NCBI RefSeq assembly: GCF_963506605.1
Contig: NC_083282.1
Coordinates: 868,001 to 932,000, forward strand
DNA: 64,000 nucleotides
Direction: 5' to 3'
Source of the DNA: Zootoca vivipara
Taxonomy: Eukaryota
Part shown: one piece after another, positions 13,170-24,746 of the stretch
Position numbering within the stretch: position 1 is the stretch's first letter
Layout of the letters: the number at the start of each line of letters is the position of its first letter
The notes under the pieces: generated by a model
Told to the model about the DNA's origin: nothing
The model's input: only the letters and a program-made list of their open reading frames with translations
The model's database searches: none
Translations under genes and position numbers: made by a program

Positions 13170-14266
13170 TGGGGGATGAGTGTTCGGACCCCTAGGCTCT
13201 AACTTGTGGGGTGCCTCAGGGCTCTGTCCTCTCCCCCATGCTTTTTAACATCTACATGCGGCCACTGGGAGAGATCATCAGGGGGTTTGGGCTGGGTGTT
13301 CATCAGTATGCGGATGACACCCAGCTCTACCTCTCTTTCAAATCAGAACCAGTGAAGGCGGTGAAGGTCCTGTGTGAGTGCCTGGAGGCGGTTGGAGGAT
13401 GGATGGCGGCTAACAGATTGAGGTTGAATCCTGACAAGACAGAAGTACTGTTTGTGGGGGACAGAAGGCAGGCGGGTGTGGAGGACTCCCTGGTCCTGAA
13501 TGGGGTAACTGTGCCCCTGAAGGACCAGGTGCGGAGCCTGGGAGTCATTTTGGACTCACAGCTGTCCATGGAGGCGCAGGTCAATTCTGTGTCCAGGGCA
13601 GCTGTCTATCAGATCCATCTGGTATGCAGGCTGAGACCCTACCTGCCGGCGGACTGTCTCGCCAGACTGGTGCATGTTCTGGTTATCTCCCGCTTGGACT
13701 ACTGCAATGCGCTCTACGTGGGGCTCCCTTTGAAGGTGACCTGGAAACTGCAACTAATCCAGAATGCGGCAGCCAGACTGGTGACTGGGAGCGGCTGCCG
13801 AGACCACATAACAAGATCTACATTGGCTCCCAGTACGTTTCTGAGCACAATTCAAAGTCTTGGTGCTGACCTTTAAAGCCCTAAACGGCCTTGGTCCAGT
13901 ATTCCTGAAGGAGCGTCTCCACCCCCATTGTTTAGCCTGGACACTGAGGTCCAGTACCGAGGGCCTTCTAGCGGTTCCCTCGTTGCGAGAAGCCAAGTTG
14001 CAGGGAACCAGGCAGAGGGCCTTCTCGGTGGTGGCGCCCGCCCTGTGGAATGCCCTCCCATCAGATGTCAAAGAGAAAAACAACTACCAGACTTTTAGAA
14101 GACATCTGAAGGCAGCCCTGTTTAGGGAGGCTTTTAATGTTTAATAGATTACTGTGTTTTATTTTTCTGTTGGAAGCTGCCCAGAGTGGCTGGGGAAATC
14201 CATCCAGATGGGCGGGGTATAAATAATAAATTACTATTACTATTACTATTACTATTATTATTATTA
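13170..14266 (+). mobile_element. L2-type LINE, 5'-truncated, RT domain to tail
   Basis: ORF 13211-13876 [17 protein letters not shown]...YADDTQLY; frameshifted C-terminus; (TTA/CTA)n tail. Confidence 0.88.
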
Positions 14267-14881
14267 GGGGTTCTCCTTGGGCAGGGACCCACTGCGGCGG
14301 GGCAGGAGAGTCTCTCTCGGGGTCCTGGTGAGAAAGGAAGCCCCGAAGGCCGAGGCGGCTTCGTCAACTGCTGCCCAACCGAGGACGGAGGAACCCGGCA
14401 AGATTGCCCCTTGTCCTGTAACCTCCAGAGGAGCCCCCAAGAGCGGACTTGGTGCAAGCCAAGCCGGGTGAAGGCGGCGGGCCGAAGAGGTTCTGGCGAG
14501 CGCAGAGTTGCGCCCTCGGCTCAGGATCGCGGAGCAAGAGCAGCAGACCCCGCGCGAGAGGCTCAAGAGGCAGGAAGAAAACGCCAATAGCGCAGCCAGT
14601 GAAAACTCTGCACATGTCAAACATGCCGGGACTTGCACCTGCTTTAGTCTGGATTCCGACGAGCGCAGCCGAGAGAGTCGCCGTGGGGCCAAGCTGGCCC
14701 TCCTGGGCGCACCTCTCTTGGTCAGCGGATGTAGCGCAGCTTTTGCCTCCCGCCCCCGCCAAGGACCCCACGCGCTGCACCGGTTGCACTTCTGCCTTTG
14801 AGACGCTTTGCAAGCGGAATCGAAACCTCGCCGGGAGCCCGTTATCTGCAAGCCTCCTTGATTGGCCGAGAGCCCTCTTTC

Positions 14882-15106
14882 GTTTGCATAGGACGCACCC
14901 ATAATGCTACACGGCGCTTTTCCTCGCCTTTGATGCAAGAATCGAACAAAAAAGCGAGATATTTTGCTCCTGTAATGTCTGAAGGCTAGTTTTGATATTT
15001 GGACGAAGTCGTCGTAATTATCCTCACAATCCAGTTGGCTTTTGTTTACGGGAGGGGGAATCATTCACCATGACCTGTATGTCTATGTATAATACAGCTA
15101 TAAATA
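14882..15106 (+). promoter_or_regulatory. Type-3 Pol III promoter of Y3 (DSE, PSE, TATA)
   Basis: Octamer-like GTTTGCAT at 14882 (-249); SPH/ZNF143-like CACCCATAATGC at 14896; PSE TCACCATGAC at 15065 (-66); TATAAATA at 15099 (-32). Confidence 0.85.
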
Positions 15107-15130
15107 TATTTGTAGGCACTTGGTAGTTTT

Positions 15131-15232
15131 GGCTGGTCCGATTGCAGTGGTACATATAATTAATTGATCACAGTCAGTTACAGGTTTCTTTGTTCTTTCT
15201 CCACTCCCACTGCTTCACTTGACCAGTCTTTT
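15131..15232 (+). ncRNA. RNY3: Y3 RNA (Ro60-associated)
   Basis: GGCTGGTCCGA...TTTCTTTGTTC.TTCTCCACTCCCACTGCTTCACTTGACCAGTCTTTT closely follows vertebrate Y3; lower stem GGCUGGUC/GACCAGUC with bulged C; upper stem GCAGUGG/CCACUGC; T4 terminator; next to PDIA4 as in human. Confidence 0.93.
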
Positions 15233-15533
15233 GCCTACAGAGAGAAAGTGTGGAAACAGAGGTTCGCTTCCCCAAGAGCTTTTGAATGGCTGGTTTGGGA
15301 GATTTCAAAGGACGTGGTGCTCAAGAAAATCTGACCAAATCAGCAGTTCAGGATCAACTTGTCCCCAGGGGTCATCTAGCCCAACCCCCTGCAATGCAGG
15401 ATTCAAATTCCGAGGTATGGTGTGGATTAAGTTGTGGCAGGAACTGGAAGCCCGTCCTGCTGTTGGATCTTCCCACTGAACCCATCTGCCCCCCCCCCAG
15501 CACTGCTCACTTACGGTTTTAGAGCTACTAGAG

Positions 15534-16089
15534 CAGAGGTTGGCAACCTAATCCCAGGATGGCCGGAGCGGAGGTGTTATGCATTGAAGTTCTCCCCCTG
15601 GGCCAGCAGGGAGGTACTGTATACAGTATAATTTCCACTCAGGTCCTCGTCGGTTAGTTCAGGCGGGAAACCCTGAGTAGTTGTTGTTGTGTTACAATGT
15701 CGCATTATTGCCAGCTGGCTGCCTATCAAATGAGGTGGCTGAGCTGTTCTGCCAGTTCTGTTCCAGCTTCCAAATACAGTAAAGAGCTGATTTGGAGAAA
15801 TAGCTGTGTCCTCTGCTATGTCAACCCACTGTTCAACAGTACGCACGCTCTTCCAGGTGGGAAGAACACCCGTGCAGGTGCGCACACGCTATTTCCAGTG
15901 CTCCTCCGACCCAGAAGTGCACCAGAAATAGTGTGTGCACATGTGCACAGGCGCTTCTCTGTCCCGCACACTTGCACACATGCTTGCGCCATCAACCCGG
16001 AAGTCAGTCGCTGCACCGGTAAGAGTGGGGGGGGGGGTAGCAGGGGTTGCTATGGGCCGGTTAGACAAGCCTTAGGTTGCCAACCCCTT
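15534..16089. mobile_element. hAT non-autonomous element
   Basis: TIRs CAGAGGTTGGCAACCT...AGGTTGCCAACCCCTT; perfect 8-bp TSD TACTAGAG. Confidence 0.8.
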
Positions 16090-16974
16090 TACTAGAGGCT
16101 TAATTGCTTATTATTTGCCTAGTTTGAGCTGCACTTAAACTGCACCCCTTTTGTTTTGGCTCTGTTGAGTCTGAATCCTGACACTTCACCAAATTCTGTT
16201 ATTTTTTTTCTAAAGCTTAGGGAATACCTTTTTTTGTATCGTCAACTGTTAATATTAAATCATTGGCAAAAGCTTTTAGTTTAAAGAACCTTTCCCCTAA
16301 CGCAATGATTTCTTCCTCCTTCCTTATTCTCTATTGCAGGAAAATTATATGAAAATGATGTATAGATGGTATATTACACCAGTAAAATTGGCAAAAATAT
16401 ACAAAACTGGGTCAAATAAATGTTGCTCTACAGCTGAGAAGGGAGGAGGGGAGGGGGCCCGTCGACTAGTCTCCCCACAAGGGCCTGTTTCTGCCTCAAC
16501 TCCTTCCTCCTCCTGCTCTGGTCTTCCCTCTTCCCTATCTGATTCTTCCTCTTCTGAGGAGAGCCACCACCAGTCTTCTCCAGGTATGAATTCCTCAACC
16601 CTGACATATGCATTGTTAGATTGATTGCAAAATCTCCCACATATAGTGCATAGGATGGGTGGTCACTTCTTGGGCGCCCAAACAATGCTGCAGAATGGAG
16701 CATGAGAGGTGAGCGGTGCTGAATTTTAGCATTGCACATGGCACCACTGAAAGTTGAGAACCCAAAGTCTGCCACTGGGCAAATGCAAGGCAGAACCCAA
16801 CAGCTCCATGGTCATGCACACACAGGCCTCAGCAAAGGCTTTTGCTCCCTGCTCACTCCTCCATCCGCATGCAGCAGTCCTGGAAAAAATGGTCCAAAGG
16901 AATGGCAACATGTCTGAGAGCCTTTTAGTAATATTATTTATTTATTCATCCTATTTATAAAAAATAAATAGACC

Positions 16975-17870
16975 AGACCCAGGCGCTTTTGGAAGAAACT
17001 GATTTTCTGGAACCATTTCAATTGGGGTTTTGGCACAGAAACTGCTTTGGTCACCCTGTATGATGACCTCTGTTGAGAGAGAGACAAGGGAAACATGTCC
17101 CTGTTAATTCTTCTCAACCTCTCAGTGGTTTTCGATACCATAGACCAGGCACGTCCAACAGGTAGATTGTGATCTACTGTTAGATCACTGGGTGTCTGTG
17201 GTAGATCACTGGTAGATCACTGGCTCCCCTCAAAGAAGCTCAACAACTTTGACTCCCCTAAAAAAGCTCAACAACTTTGACCTGAACCCCTAAAAAACGA
17301 GCTTTCCTCCCTAAAAAAAAGCTCAACAACCTCAACCCCCCAAAATGGGGTAGATCACTGCCTCTTTTTAACTCTGTGAGTAGATCACAGTCTCTTGGGA
17401 GTTGGCCACCCCTGCTATCCTTCTGGAGTGACTCTCCAAACTAGGAGTGGGTGGCACCGCTTTGCATTGGTTCCAGTCCTACTTGGATGGTCGTTCCCAG
17501 ACAGTGTTCCTTGGGGAATGTTTTTCAGCCCCCTGGAACCTTCAATGTGGGGTTCCGCAGGGATCAATCCTATCCCCCAATTAGTTTTCAGCCCCAATTC
17601 AATGTGCCGGTTTTGACCTCTAAAGCTTTAAATGGCTCAGGACCACCTCTTTCCATATGAACCTAACTGTACCCAGAGATGATCTTCTGAGGCCTTTCTT
17701 TGTGTACCTCCTCCTTGAGAGGTCCGAAGGGTGGCAATATGAGAATGGGCCTTCCGCAGTGGTTCCGCATCTGTGGAATGCTCTTCCCAGGGAGGTTCAG
17801 CTGGTATCTTCATTATACACCTTGAGGCACCAGGCAAAAACATTCCTTTTTAACCAGACCTTTGGTTGAT
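16975..17870 (+). mobile_element. Old L2-type LINE fragments with a nested hAT MITE at 17146-17414
   Basis: Degenerate RT motif (GFGTETALVTLYDDL) and SAVVPHLWNALP 3' end; MITE ends CAGGCACGTCCAAC...GTTGGCCACCCCTG. Confidence 0.65.
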
Positions 17871-18168
17871 TTGATTGACATCCCATGCCCTTTTAAGATG
17901 TGGGGTTTTCTTGGGGGGGGGTGTGTTATTGGGTTATTTATATGCCACTGTGTATCATAAAAACACATCACAGCTGTTTACAAAACAATACAGTAAAACC
18001 AAATAATAAAGTTAAAAACAAAAGAATTACAAATGTTTTTTCCTTTATAAAAATATTTATAAATACTGCCTCCCTTGTGAAAGAGATCTATAGGCCTGCT
18101 ATAAAGGCAATTGCTCAATGTTCCTTTTCTCCCTTCCAGATTCTGTTCTTTCCTCCACACTCACATGT

Positions 18169-18304
18169 CAGGCATCCTCAAACTGCGGCCCTCCAGATGT
18201 TTTGGCCTACAACTCCCATGATCCCTAGCTAACAGGACCAGTGGTCAGGGATGATGGGAATTGTAGGCCAAAACATCTGGAGGGCCAAAGTTTGGGGATG
18301 CCTG
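18169..18304. mobile_element. Palindromic 136-bp hAT MITE
   Basis: Near-perfect hairpin CAGGCATCC...GGATGCCTG; further copies at 43776, 45901, 49852 and 57645. Confidence 0.85.
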
Positions 18305-18462
18305 CTCTAGGTTTTGCATAAGCCTTCCTGGCATGCACCAACACACACTCAGTTTCCCAAGCTTGTTTTTTGGGCATGAAGAACATTGAACCTTACTATT
18401 TGGGTGCCAGTCCACAATTATTATTTTAAAGTTTGCCTTGTGTATTTTTTTTAATAGAAAGT

Positions 18463-18634
18463 ATTCCCGCTCTGGCGGGAAGGCAAACGGTGTTTCTGTG
18501 CGCTGCTTTGGTTTCGCCAGAAGCGGCTTAGTCATGCTGGCCACGTGGGCTCCCTCAGCCAGTAAAGAGAGATGAGTGCCGCAACCCGAGAGTCGTTCAC
18601 GAGTGGACTTAACTGTCAGGGGTCCTTTACCTTT
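18463..18634 (+). mobile_element. Sauria SINE, 3' half
   Basis: Matches the full copy at 59827-60170; (ACCTTT)n tail. Confidence 0.8.
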
Positions 18635-18661
18635 ACACTATTTTTTTAAAAAAAATGGAAT

Positions 18662-18733
18662 ATTGTTCACAGTCAGTAGATCTCCCTTTTTCACTCTCTA
18701 CTCCCTCCCGACGACTGCCGTTCACTAGTCTTT
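18662..18733 (+). pseudogene. Y1 RNA-like relic lacking its 5' strand
   Basis: ATTGTTCACAGTCAGT..AGATC..pyrimidine loop..ACTGC..ACTAGTCTTT follows the 3' two-thirds of Y1; no GGCTGGTCCG 5' arm found. Confidence 0.7.
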
Positions 18734-19800
18734 GTTTTAACACTTTTCTCTTCTGGCCACATCAAAAACACAAGGGCTTGTATATAAAATATGCAATTCT
18801 CCAATAACTTAACTGAAAACACATCCAGAGTATACAAATGCCTTATTTTCACTGTGATGCATACGGATGTTGTCTATTGGATCCCCCCCCCTTCAACGTT
18901 GCATTTCAAGGGAAACAGTCATTGTTCCCTTTGTATTAATACAAACATGGGGGTTGGGCATGAGACTCTACAAGGATTCCACTTAAAACTGCCGATTGTG
19001 ATTTTAACATGTTTAAACAGTAGGAATCTGTAGCCCTCCAGATGTGGTGAGTCTACAACTTCCATCCCCCCTGACCATTGGCCGATTGTTCCCCTGGGCC
19101 TGGCCTAAATGGTTTGAATGAGGAGGTCAATAGCATCACCCACTCCTGTCTGCCGGTTGGGAGAAATAGGGGGGGGGGGTTCAGCATGCTTTCCCCTAAT
19201 ATTTAAGTAGCTTCTTAGTAAGGCCCAGCCTAACATCCTCCTTCCCAAGGCGAAGGACAAGATTTTATTTATTTATTAAATTTATATACTGCCCTTCATC
19301 CAAAGACCACGGGGCAGTTTACAATACAGCATAATGGTGCAGTTCAGAGTACAGTACCTAAGTTGTATTACCATTCAAAGTACAAAAAGCCGGTTGGATG
19401 GGCAGCTGAATCTTACTCCCAGCAAGGATGATGGACAAGCATTCTGCCCTGATCTTGCCTGCAGTGGCCTGTCTTAGGAAGTGCGGGACTGCCGGGCACA
19501 ACACCTCCCTGACACTCACCAGCAGTGGCATCCTGTGGCCTTAGGTCAGGGTGGGCCATCACACGGCCCTTGAGGCATTTTTTGTGGCCCTCTGCAACAT
19601 TTGGGCATGCATGAAAACCAACAGTGAAGGCACTTGCTCGGTCTCCCTCCTCCCTCCTGCTTGTGGCCTCTAACCTCACCCGTGAGCCATGGGGCTGCCT
19701 TTCGCAGTCACCCTAGCAAACTTGCAGCATGCTATTCCGGGGGGCTTGCAGCAGCATCCATGGGTACAGGCAGGGGACAGCTGATCCCCTAAAACAAATA

Positions 19801-19972
19801 CAGTGGTACCTCTACTTACGAATAACTCTACTTACGAATGTTTCTATTTACGAACGGAGCTCCGTCCGCCATCTTGGATGCGGTTTAGATAGGGTTGCTT
19901 CGACTTACAATTTTTTTCGACTTACGAATGTGCATTCGGAACACATTAAATTCGTAAGTAGAGGTACCACTG
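19801..19972. mobile_element. Tigger-like MITE
   Basis: TIRs CAGTGGTACCTCTACTTACGAA...TTCGTAAGTAGAGGTACCACTG; TA TSD. Confidence 0.8.
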
Positions 19973-20740
19973 TAAATAAAAATACTTAAAGGTAGAAATA
20001 ATCAGAATATTTGGAATTGAAATGCTCGCTGAGGTCAAAAGCAATTTAAAACAACTGTTGAGGCATTTCATTCCAAATCTGCTAGACTGAGTCAGACAGA
20101 GGGTGACGACAGGTGGATATCCTGTCCCCGCAACATAAATCCTGGTGATGCTCAGGGCAGCCTCCCTCCCCACCTGCTTTGCACTCGCTCTGCCAAGCTT
20201 TGGAACGTTTTGTTCTTTTGGAGGTTTCCTTTTATTATTTTGGGCATTGCATAATTTGAGCACACGGGAAAAGCAGGATGTCTTGCGGGGAAAGGCAAGA
20301 GCAACCACAGGACCAGGATTACGCAGCAGCCGGTGGTGAGATTCAAGCTCCCAACTTCAGCACCAGTTGGTGCTCTGGGGCAGCCAGAGCAGCAGCACTG
20401 AGTCCCGGGGCTGGTGTGTGTGTGTGCTTCTCTTGTTGAGGGGGAAGGAGAAAGAGGCAATCTTGAAGGGACAACAGCTCTAGAAGTGATTTTATTACAA
20501 GGATCTGGAAAAAGTATTATAGCTTTGCTTTCGTGGGGGGGGGGGGAGGAAGCTCAAATAAGTGACAAAAAATAATGTATTTTAAAACCATTTACATCAA
20601 AAAGTTCAGTGTTCAGATTTCTTTTGTAATACAAAAATCTCATACAGCATTGTTTTGCCATCCCTCCAAATCCTCTTTGCTCCAGGTGTTGTTTCCCCCA
20701 AACACTATTTCAGTAAGTTCATCAATGATTGTTGTTCCGC

Positions 20741-21156
20741 CTAAAGTTCTTCTTTTGTCCTACTTAGTTTGGTGGCATATTCTTCTACAAATTTGCTCAA
20801 GCTTTCCAGATCTCTTTCTCCACCTTCAAATTTAATAGGATCCTTTTTCTTATTGCTAGGAGCAAAATAGATGGTAGGGAATCCTTCCACTTTGTAATTT
20901 TCACTGGTGACATCATTGGCAGTAGCATCCATTTTGGCAATGACCAGGTTTTTCTGAGTTTTGTATTTTTTACCCAGCTCCGTATAAATGGGCTCAAGCT
21001 TCTTGCAGTGTCCACACCAGGGAGCATAGAACTCTATGAGAACATCAGTCTTTGGATCCATCACTATAGATTCAAACGTTTTGCCAACTACAATCTTCAC
21101 AGGACCCTTGTTATTTTTTGGTATTGGTTGGGACTTCAAAATGGGTTTCAGTTTAC
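20741..21156 (-). CDS. PDIA4: PDIA4 (ERp72) exon 10, last coding exon
   Basis: Acceptor TAG|; [10 protein letters not shown] thioredoxin site; C-terminal KEEL ER-retention signal, then stop. Confidence 0.97.
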
Positions 21157-21549
21157 CTAGGAAAGGAAACAGGAAAACTGTCATAAAAGACCATGTCCCT
21201 TGCAGTTAGTTCACAGAAGTTGGCAACAACACTACTAACAGAGATGAGTTACTGCCAAACCCCACCCCCCTGATCCACAGCTCCAGTTTTTCTGTAAATA
21301 GCTCCTTGAATGATCACTTGTGAAAAGTCTAATCACAAAATACAGTTTGACAAAAATTGCCTTTCACAGCAATTTTGGTCCATAGTGGGACTTGTTGCAT
21401 ATTGATCCATAGGGAAGAACAAAACTAAAATATTTCCTATTTTGCTATTTAAGATACAGAATTCAGCAGCCAGGTTGCTCACTGAGGCAAGATGGGCCTC
21501 ACTGCAAATCAGTTTCAGGGCCCAATTTAAAGTAATGGGTTTTTACCTA

Positions 21550-22690
21550 CAGTGGTACCTCGCTAGACGAATGCCCTGCTAGACGAATTTTTCGCTAGAT
21601 GAATGTGTTTTGCGATCGGAGGTTGCCTCGCAAGACGACAAGGTTTTCTATGGCTGCTGCTTCGTCTCGCAAAGCGTGGCCATAAAAACCTCCGATCACA
21701 AAACCTACAGGGTATTCCTCTAGCGAAAGGGGAACCAGCTGTAGCGTGGAAAGAAGGCAAAGGAAGATGAGCTGTCAGCGCCTGTCAGCTGATCTTCCTT
21801 TGCCTTCTTTCCGCGCTGCAGCTGGTTCCCCTTTGTGTTCTGCTGGTCTCTGCCGGCTGCCGTGAGCAGTGAGGGGCAACCGGCAGAGACCAGCGGAACA
21901 CAAAGGGGAACTAGCGCGGGAAGAAGCGGAGGAACAGATCCGTTCCTCCGCTTCTCCCCCCCCCCCCGCCGCCTCGCACAGAGCTGGCATCCAACGGGGA
22001 TTCTGAGAGGCCCCGTCCGATGCCAGCTGTGAGCCAGACGGCGGGGGGGGGGGCCGAAGTGGAGGAACGATCCGTTCCTCCGCTCCCCCGCCGCCTCACC
22101 CGACAGAGCCGGCATTTGACGGGGCTTCTGAACCCCCATCAGATGCCAGCTCTGTTGGGCGGGGTGGGGGGGACAGACGAACAGAGAGAAAGCTGCCCGG
22201 GATCTGTGCACGCTCAGCAGCAGGGGGAGAGGAACGAAGGAAGAGAAAGGGCAGCTTTCTCCACCGACAGCAAGGAGCTTTTCGCTTTCGCACCGTCGTG
22301 CTTCGGCAGTGAAGGGGCTTTTCGCCACCTGCCTGGCTCAGGGAAGGCAGGCAGGCAGGCGGCAACAGCTCCGGGGCTGTTGCCGCCTACCTGCCTGCCT
22401 CCCCCAAGCAAGCGCCCTTCCCCGAGCTGAAGCGCAGCGGCCGCTTGCTTGGGGAAGGCAGGCAGGCAGGCGGCAACAGCCCGGGGAAGCTCCGGGGATG
22501 TTGCTGCTTGCCTGCCTGCCTTCCCCGAGGAAGCGCCCTTCCCCGAGCCAAGCGGCCGCTGTGCTTCAGCTTGGGGACTGCTGTCGGCAGCGGCGCTTGC
22601 TCTCTTGGCTCAGGGAAGGCAGGCAGGCAGGCGGCAACAGCCCAGCAAGGCTCCGGGGCTGTTGCTGCCTGTCTTCCCCTGGTTTTACTA
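21550..22690. mobile_element. Tigger-like element with GC-rich internal tandem units (PDIA4 intron 9)
   Basis: Starts TA-CAGTGGTACCTCG; duplicated ~115-bp unit and three GGGAAGGCAGGCAGGCAGGCGGCAACAGC-containing units; right end not resolved. Confidence 0.55.
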
Positions 22691-23065
22691 TATCTATGTG
22701 AGGGTTTTATTCCCTTGTCAGTTCCCTTGTGTTGCCCTGAGCAAGCTAAAGCCACTAACCAATTTAATAAATAATATTAATAACCTGGTGAAGAGCGGAA
22801 AAGCTGGCTCACTATTTGTGACATTTTGGGTGGTTCATCTCAAGACAATTTCCCTATGATAAAATAGTAATATCAAGTATGCACAGGGTAGGACTAGATA
22901 TTTCAAACTATTTTTGCTGGCATTTGAAGGGGGAAAGGCTCAGTATTCTCTTTAAATGGTGCTACATCCATGTTTATCCAGCTTCTGTGAAAGAGTGAGA
23001 GAGAACTAAGCTCATGAATTACACAGGGGGCTGGCAAACCTACACGCAAATTTAAGGAAGCAAAA

Positions 23066-23113
<48 letters not shown>

Positions 23114-23243
23114 AGCCTGCCCATCTGGCTGGGTTTCCCCAGCCACTCTGGGTGGCTCCCAACAGACTATTAAACAAAATAAAACTTTAAAAACTTCCCT
23201 AAACAGGGAAGCATGGATTGTCCACAATCCAACTACAGTTTAC

Positions 23244-23477
23244 CTTTTTTGAAGGAGACAACAAATTCCCTCAGCACATCAGAATCAAACTCTTCTGGTT
23301 CCATGGCATACTTTTTACCACCTTCATCAAAGATAGCAGCATTGACATCCTCTCCACTGTCCACAAGTCCCAGGTCCTTTATCTCAGAAGAAAAGTCTTC
23401 TTCATCCGCAATTGCAAAAGTATATTCTGGGAAGTCCTTAGCCACTTCCAAGACTTTGTTTCGCCAGTACTGAGTAG
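23244..23477 (-). CDS. PDIA4: PDIA4 exon 9
   Basis: ATQYWRNKVLEVAKDFPEY...FKKG; CAG acceptor, GTAAA donor. Confidence 0.95.
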
Positions 23478-23649
23478 CTGAAGACAACAAACACACAATG
23501 AAGTTAGAGACATCTGGTTTATTCTTAGCTGGTTGCAGATTCTTGGAGCTCATGACCAGGACTTGGAAATAGGGGCCTTTGCGAGAGATTGGTGAAGGAG
23601 ACTGAAAGAGGGTGAGCTTGTCTCTTGGATTAAGGCTGGTTGCTTGTCT

Positions 23650-24530
23650 GAACTGTTTGATCAGAAAACTGGGCCCAAATTAACAAAATGAAGTTCAGTA
23701 GGGACAAAAGTAAGCTACTGCACTTGGGGGATACCTGGCTTGCCAGTTGCACATGTGAAAAGGACCTTGGGGTCTTGGTGGTCTACAAGCTCAACATAAG
23801 TCAACCATGTGATGCAGCAGCAGCAAAAAAGCTAATGCTCTTCTAGGCTGCATCCACAGAAGTCGAGTGTCCAGATTAAGGGAAGTAATATTACCACTCT
23901 ATTCTGCCATGGTCAGACCACAACTGGAATACTCTGTCCAATTTTGGATGCCACAATTTAAGAAGGATATTGACAAGCTGGAAGGTGTGCAGAGAAGGGC
24001 AACCAAGATAATCCAGGGTCTGGAAATGAAGCCATATGAGGAACAGTTAAGAGAGTTGAGTATGTTTAGCCTGGAGAAGAGACTGAGAGGAAATATGATA
24101 GCCATTTTTAAATATTTCAAGGGGTGTCACATGGAAGATGGAGCAAGCTTGTTTTCTCCTATTCTGGAGGGTAGGACTCAAACCAAACAGAATTGTAGCA
24201 TTGGAATGGACCACGAGGGTCATCTAGTCCAACCCCCTTGCAATGCAGGGATCCTTTGCCCAACATGGAGCTCAAACCCACAACCCTAAAATTAAGAATC
24301 TTATGCTCTACTGACTGAGCTCTCTTCCAGTTAACTTTGACAGTAAGAGCTGTTACAGTGGAATGGTCTCCTTTGGGAGGCTGCGGACTCTCCTTCCTTA
24401 GAGGCTTTTAAGCAGACGTTAGATGGTTCTCTCGCATGGATGCTTTAGCCGAGATTCCTGCATTGCAGGCAGTTGGACTGGATGACCCTTGGGGTCCCTT
24501 CCAACTCTACAATTCTATGATTGTATGACT
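23650..24530 (+). mobile_element. CR1 LINE 3' part with a nested tRNA-derived SINE (~24190-24320, -)
   Basis: REVILPLYSAMVRPQLEYSVQFW..DIDKLEGVQRRATK; ATTCTATG tail. Confidence 0.85.
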
Positions 24531-24589
24531 TCATTGGGGCCATTCCAAGTATGAGATTGGGTACAACACTAACTAAAAGTAATACTTAC

Positions 24590-24746
24590 CAACACGATAA
24601 TCAAAGCTGAAGTCCACTGTATAATAAACAACTACCAGAGGCCTTTGGGTGTATCTCTTAGCATCATTGGCAGATTTGCGATGACCCACAAGAGGCAAGG
24701 CATGCTTCACCACATAGTCTTTCATTTCAGTGGCATCAGTGGAATC
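24590..24746 (-). CDS. PDIA4: PDIA4 exon 8
   Basis: DSTDATEMKDYVVKHALPLVGHRK...FSFDYRV; canonical splice sites. Confidence 0.95.

Noticed and set aside
14264-15064. 266-aa minus-strand ORF and neighbouring ORFs
   Set aside because: No recognisable domain; they lie in the CpG-rich Y3 promoter region
16334-16430. Apparent exon after a good acceptor (ENYMKMMYRWYITPVKLAK)
   Set aside because: Resembles an L1/Tx1 ORF2 C-terminal fragment rather than a host gene
18169-18304. Hairpin as a novel miRNA gene
   Set aside because: Multi-copy MITE with TIRs; other copies have 8-bp TSDs; no expression evidence
22330-22680. Interspaced direct repeats resembling a CRISPR array
   Set aside because: Eukaryotic intron; spacers are related to each other, no cas genes; TE-internal repeats
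24190-24320. tRNA-like sequence (also at ~30460-30600)
   Set aside because: Degenerate tRNA head fused to a CR1 tail, so a SINE and not a tRNA gene
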